From Nemertoderma westbladi (Eukaryota > Animalia > Xenacoelomorpha): 64,000 nt of DNA. Below the pieces are notes generated by a model. The model worked only from the letters and a program-made list of their open reading frames with translations, did no database searches and was not told the origin of the DNA. The position numbers and the translations under genes were made by a program. Shown one piece after another: positions 61,301 to 64,000 of this stretch (positions within the stretch are counted from its first letter, which is position 1; every line of letters starts with the position of its first letter). The stretch is from positions 1 to 64,000 of the forward strand of contig JAUCBJ010003249.1 in assembly GCA_032718475.1 (NCBI GenBank), written 5' to 3'.

Positions 61301-64000
61301 GGTGACAAAGTACAGGTGGGTTGTATATGGAGTATCTCTATGGTGACAAAGTACAGGTGGGTTGTATATGGAGTATCTCTCTCTATGGTGACAAAGTACA
61401 GGTGGGTTGTATATGGAGTATCTCCATGGTGACAAAGTACAGGTGGGTTGTATATGGAGTATCTCCATGGTGACAAAGTACAGGTGGGTTGTATATGGAG
61501 TATCTCTATGGTGACAAAGTACAGTGGGTTGTATATGGAGTATCTCCATGGTGACAAAGTACAGGTGGGTTGTATATGGAGTATCTCCATGGTGACAAAG
61601 TACAGGTGGGTTGTATATGGAGTATCTCCATGGTGACAAAGTACAGGTGGGTTGTATATGGAGTATCTCTATGGTGACAAAGTACAGTGGGTTGTATATG
61701 GAGTATCTCTATGGTGACAAAGTACAGGTGGGTTGTATATGGAGTATCTCCATGGTGACAAAGTACAGGTGGGTTGTATATGGAGTATCTCTATGGTGAC
61801 AAAGTACAGGTGGGTTGTATATGGAGTATCTCTCTCTATGGTGACAAAGTACAGGTGGGTTGTATATGGAGTATCTCCATGGTGACAAAGTACAGGTGGG
61901 TTGTATATGGAGTATCTCCATGGTGACAAAGTACAGGTGGGTTGTATATGGAGTATCTCTATGGTGACAAAGTACAGGTGGGTTGTATATGGAGTATCTC
62001 TCTCTATGGTGACAAAGTACAGGTGGGTTGTATATGGAGTATCTCTATGGTGATAAAGTACAGTGGGTTGTATATGGAGTATCTCTATGGTGACAAAGTA
62101 CAGGTGGGTTGTATATGGAGTATCTCCATGGTGACAAAGTACAGGTGGGTTGTATATGGAGTATCTCTATGGTGACAAAGTACAGTGGGTTGTATATGGA
62201 GTATCTCTATGGTGACAAAGTACAGTGGGTTGTGTATGGAGTATCTCTATGGTGATAAAGTACAGTGGGTTGTGTATGGAGTATCTCTATGGTGACAAAG
62301 TACAGTGGGTTGTGTATGGAGTATCTCTATGGTGACAAAGTACAGTGGGTTGTGTATGGAGTATCTCTATGGTGACAAAGTACAGTGGGTTGTATATGGA
62401 GTATCTCTATGGTGACAAAGTACAGTGGGTTGTGTATGGAGTATCTCTATGGTGACAAAGTACAGTGGGTTGTGTATGGAGTATCTCTATGGTGACAAAG
62501 TACAGTGGGTTGTATATGGAGTATCTCTATGGTGACAAAGTACAGTGGGTTGTGTATGGAGTATCTCTATGGTGACAAAGTACAGTGGGTTGTGTATGGA
62601 GTATCTCTATGGTGACAAAGTACAGTGGGTTGTGTATGGAGTATCTCTATGGTGACAAAGTACAGTGGGTTGTGTATGGAGTATCTCTATGGTGACAAAG
62701 TACAGTGGGTTGTGTATGGAGTATCTCTATGGTGACAAAGTACAGTGGGTTGTGTATGGAGTATCTCTATGGTGACAAAGTACAGTGGGTTGTGTATGGA
62801 GTATCTCTATGGTGACAAAGTACAGTGGGTTGTGTATGGAGTATCTCTATGGTGACAAAGTACAGGTGGGTTGTGTATGGAGTATCTCTATGGTGACAAA
62901 GTACAGGTGGGTTGTATATGGAGTATCTCCATGGTGACAAAGTACAGGTGGGTTGTATATGGAGTATCTCTATGGTGACAAAGTACAGTGGGTTGTATAT
63001 GGAGTATCTCTATGGTGACAAAGTACAGTGGGTTGTGTATGGAGTATCTCTATGGTGACAAAGTACAGTGGGTTGTGTATGGAGTATCTCTATGGTGACA
63101 AAGTACAGTGGGTTGTGTATGGAGTATCTCTATGGTGACAAAGTACAGTGGGTTGTGTATGGAGTATCTCTATGGTGACAAAGTACAGTGGGTTGTGTAT
63201 GGAGTATCTCTATGGTGACAAAGTACAGTGGGTTGTGTATGGAGTATCTCTATGGTGACAAAGTACAGTGGGTTGTGTATGGAGTATCTCTATGGTGACA
63301 AAGTACAGTGGGTTGTGTATGGAGTATCTCTATGGTGACAAAGTACAGTGGGTTGTGTATGGAGTATCTCTATGGTGACAAAGTACAGTGGGTTGTGTAT
63401 GGAGTATCTCTATGGTGACAAAGTACAGTGGGTTGTGTATGGAGTATCTCTATGGTGACAAAGTACAGGTGGGTTGTGTATGGAGTATCTCTATGGTGAC
63501 AAAGTACAGGTGGGTTGTATATGGAGTATCTCCATGGTGACAAAGTACAGGTGGGTTGTATATGGAGTATCTCTATGGTGACAAAGTACAGTGGGTTGTG
63601 TATGGAGTATCTCTATGGTGACAAAGTACAGTGGGTTGTGTATGGAGTATCTCTATGGTGACAAAGTACAGTGGGTTGTGTATGGAGTATCTCTATGGTG
63701 ACAAAGTACAGTGGGTTGTGTATGGAGTATCTCTATGGTGACAAAGTACAGTGGGTTGTGTATGGAGTATCTCTATGGTGACAAAGTACAGGTGGGTTGT
63801 GTATGGAGTATCTCTATGGTGACAAAGTACAGGTGGGTTGTATATGGAGTATCTCCATGGTGACAAAGTACAGGTGGGTTGTATATGGAGTATCTCTATG
63901 GTGACAAAGTACAGTGGGTTGTGTATGGAGTATCTCTATGGTGACAAAGTACAGTGGGTTGTGTATGGAGTATCTCTATGGTGACAAAGTACAGTGGGTT
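40332..64000. repeat. 41-bp satellite (TGGTGACAAAGTACAG|GTGGGTTGTATATGGAGTATCTCTA), ~570 copies, >23.6 kb, in DYNC2H1 intron 9
   Basis: The first unit overlaps the last 16 nt of exon 9. Units of 40, 41, 43 and 45 bp continue to the window end. Confidence 0.98.

Larger units (their letters stand above)
25491..64000 (+). other. DYNC2H1: DYNC2H1 gene, 5' part (coding exons 1-9, ~659 codons); continues beyond the window
   Basis: Nine GT-AG exons join in frame (186+221+143+225+318+237+233+231+183 = 1977 nt) into a protein collinear with the dynein-2 heavy chain N-terminal tail as I recall it. The heavy chain is about 4300 aa, so most exons lie downstream. Confidence 0.93.

Noticed and set aside
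40332-64000. CRISPR array or repeat-protein gene (many MYMEYLYGDKVQ ORFs)
   Set aside because: Units are head-to-tail with no unique spacers and no cas genes, in a eukaryotic context. The 41-bp period cycles through frames and hits TGA regularly, so the ORFs are artefacts.

Overview
AT-rich eukaryotic (invertebrate animal-like) genomic DNA; the species cannot be determined from this window. Positions 1-25 kb hold five conserved genes with intronless CDSs, arranged divergently: LRRC51, mucolipin (MCOLN) and DTWD1 on the minus strand, GTSF1 and XRCC3 on the plus strand. They are interspersed with non-autonomous DNA transposons, SINEs, LINE fragments and minisatellites. From 25.5 kb the window holds the first nine coding exons (about 659 codons, all GT-AG, phases consistent) of cytoplasmic dynein-2 heavy chain (DYNC2H1). 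Two DYNC2H1 introns are inflated by satellites that start at the 5' splice site. A ~5.1 kb 28-bp array in intron 6 is built from the donor hexamer GTTAGT. A >23.6 kb 41-bp array in intron 9 has the exon 9/intron 9 junction as its unit (about 570 copies of the splice donor) and runs off the end of the window. Nearly all ORF-track entries at 10.7-12 kb, 23 kb and 40.4-64 kb are repeat artefacts. Family assignments come from motif recognition, not database searches.
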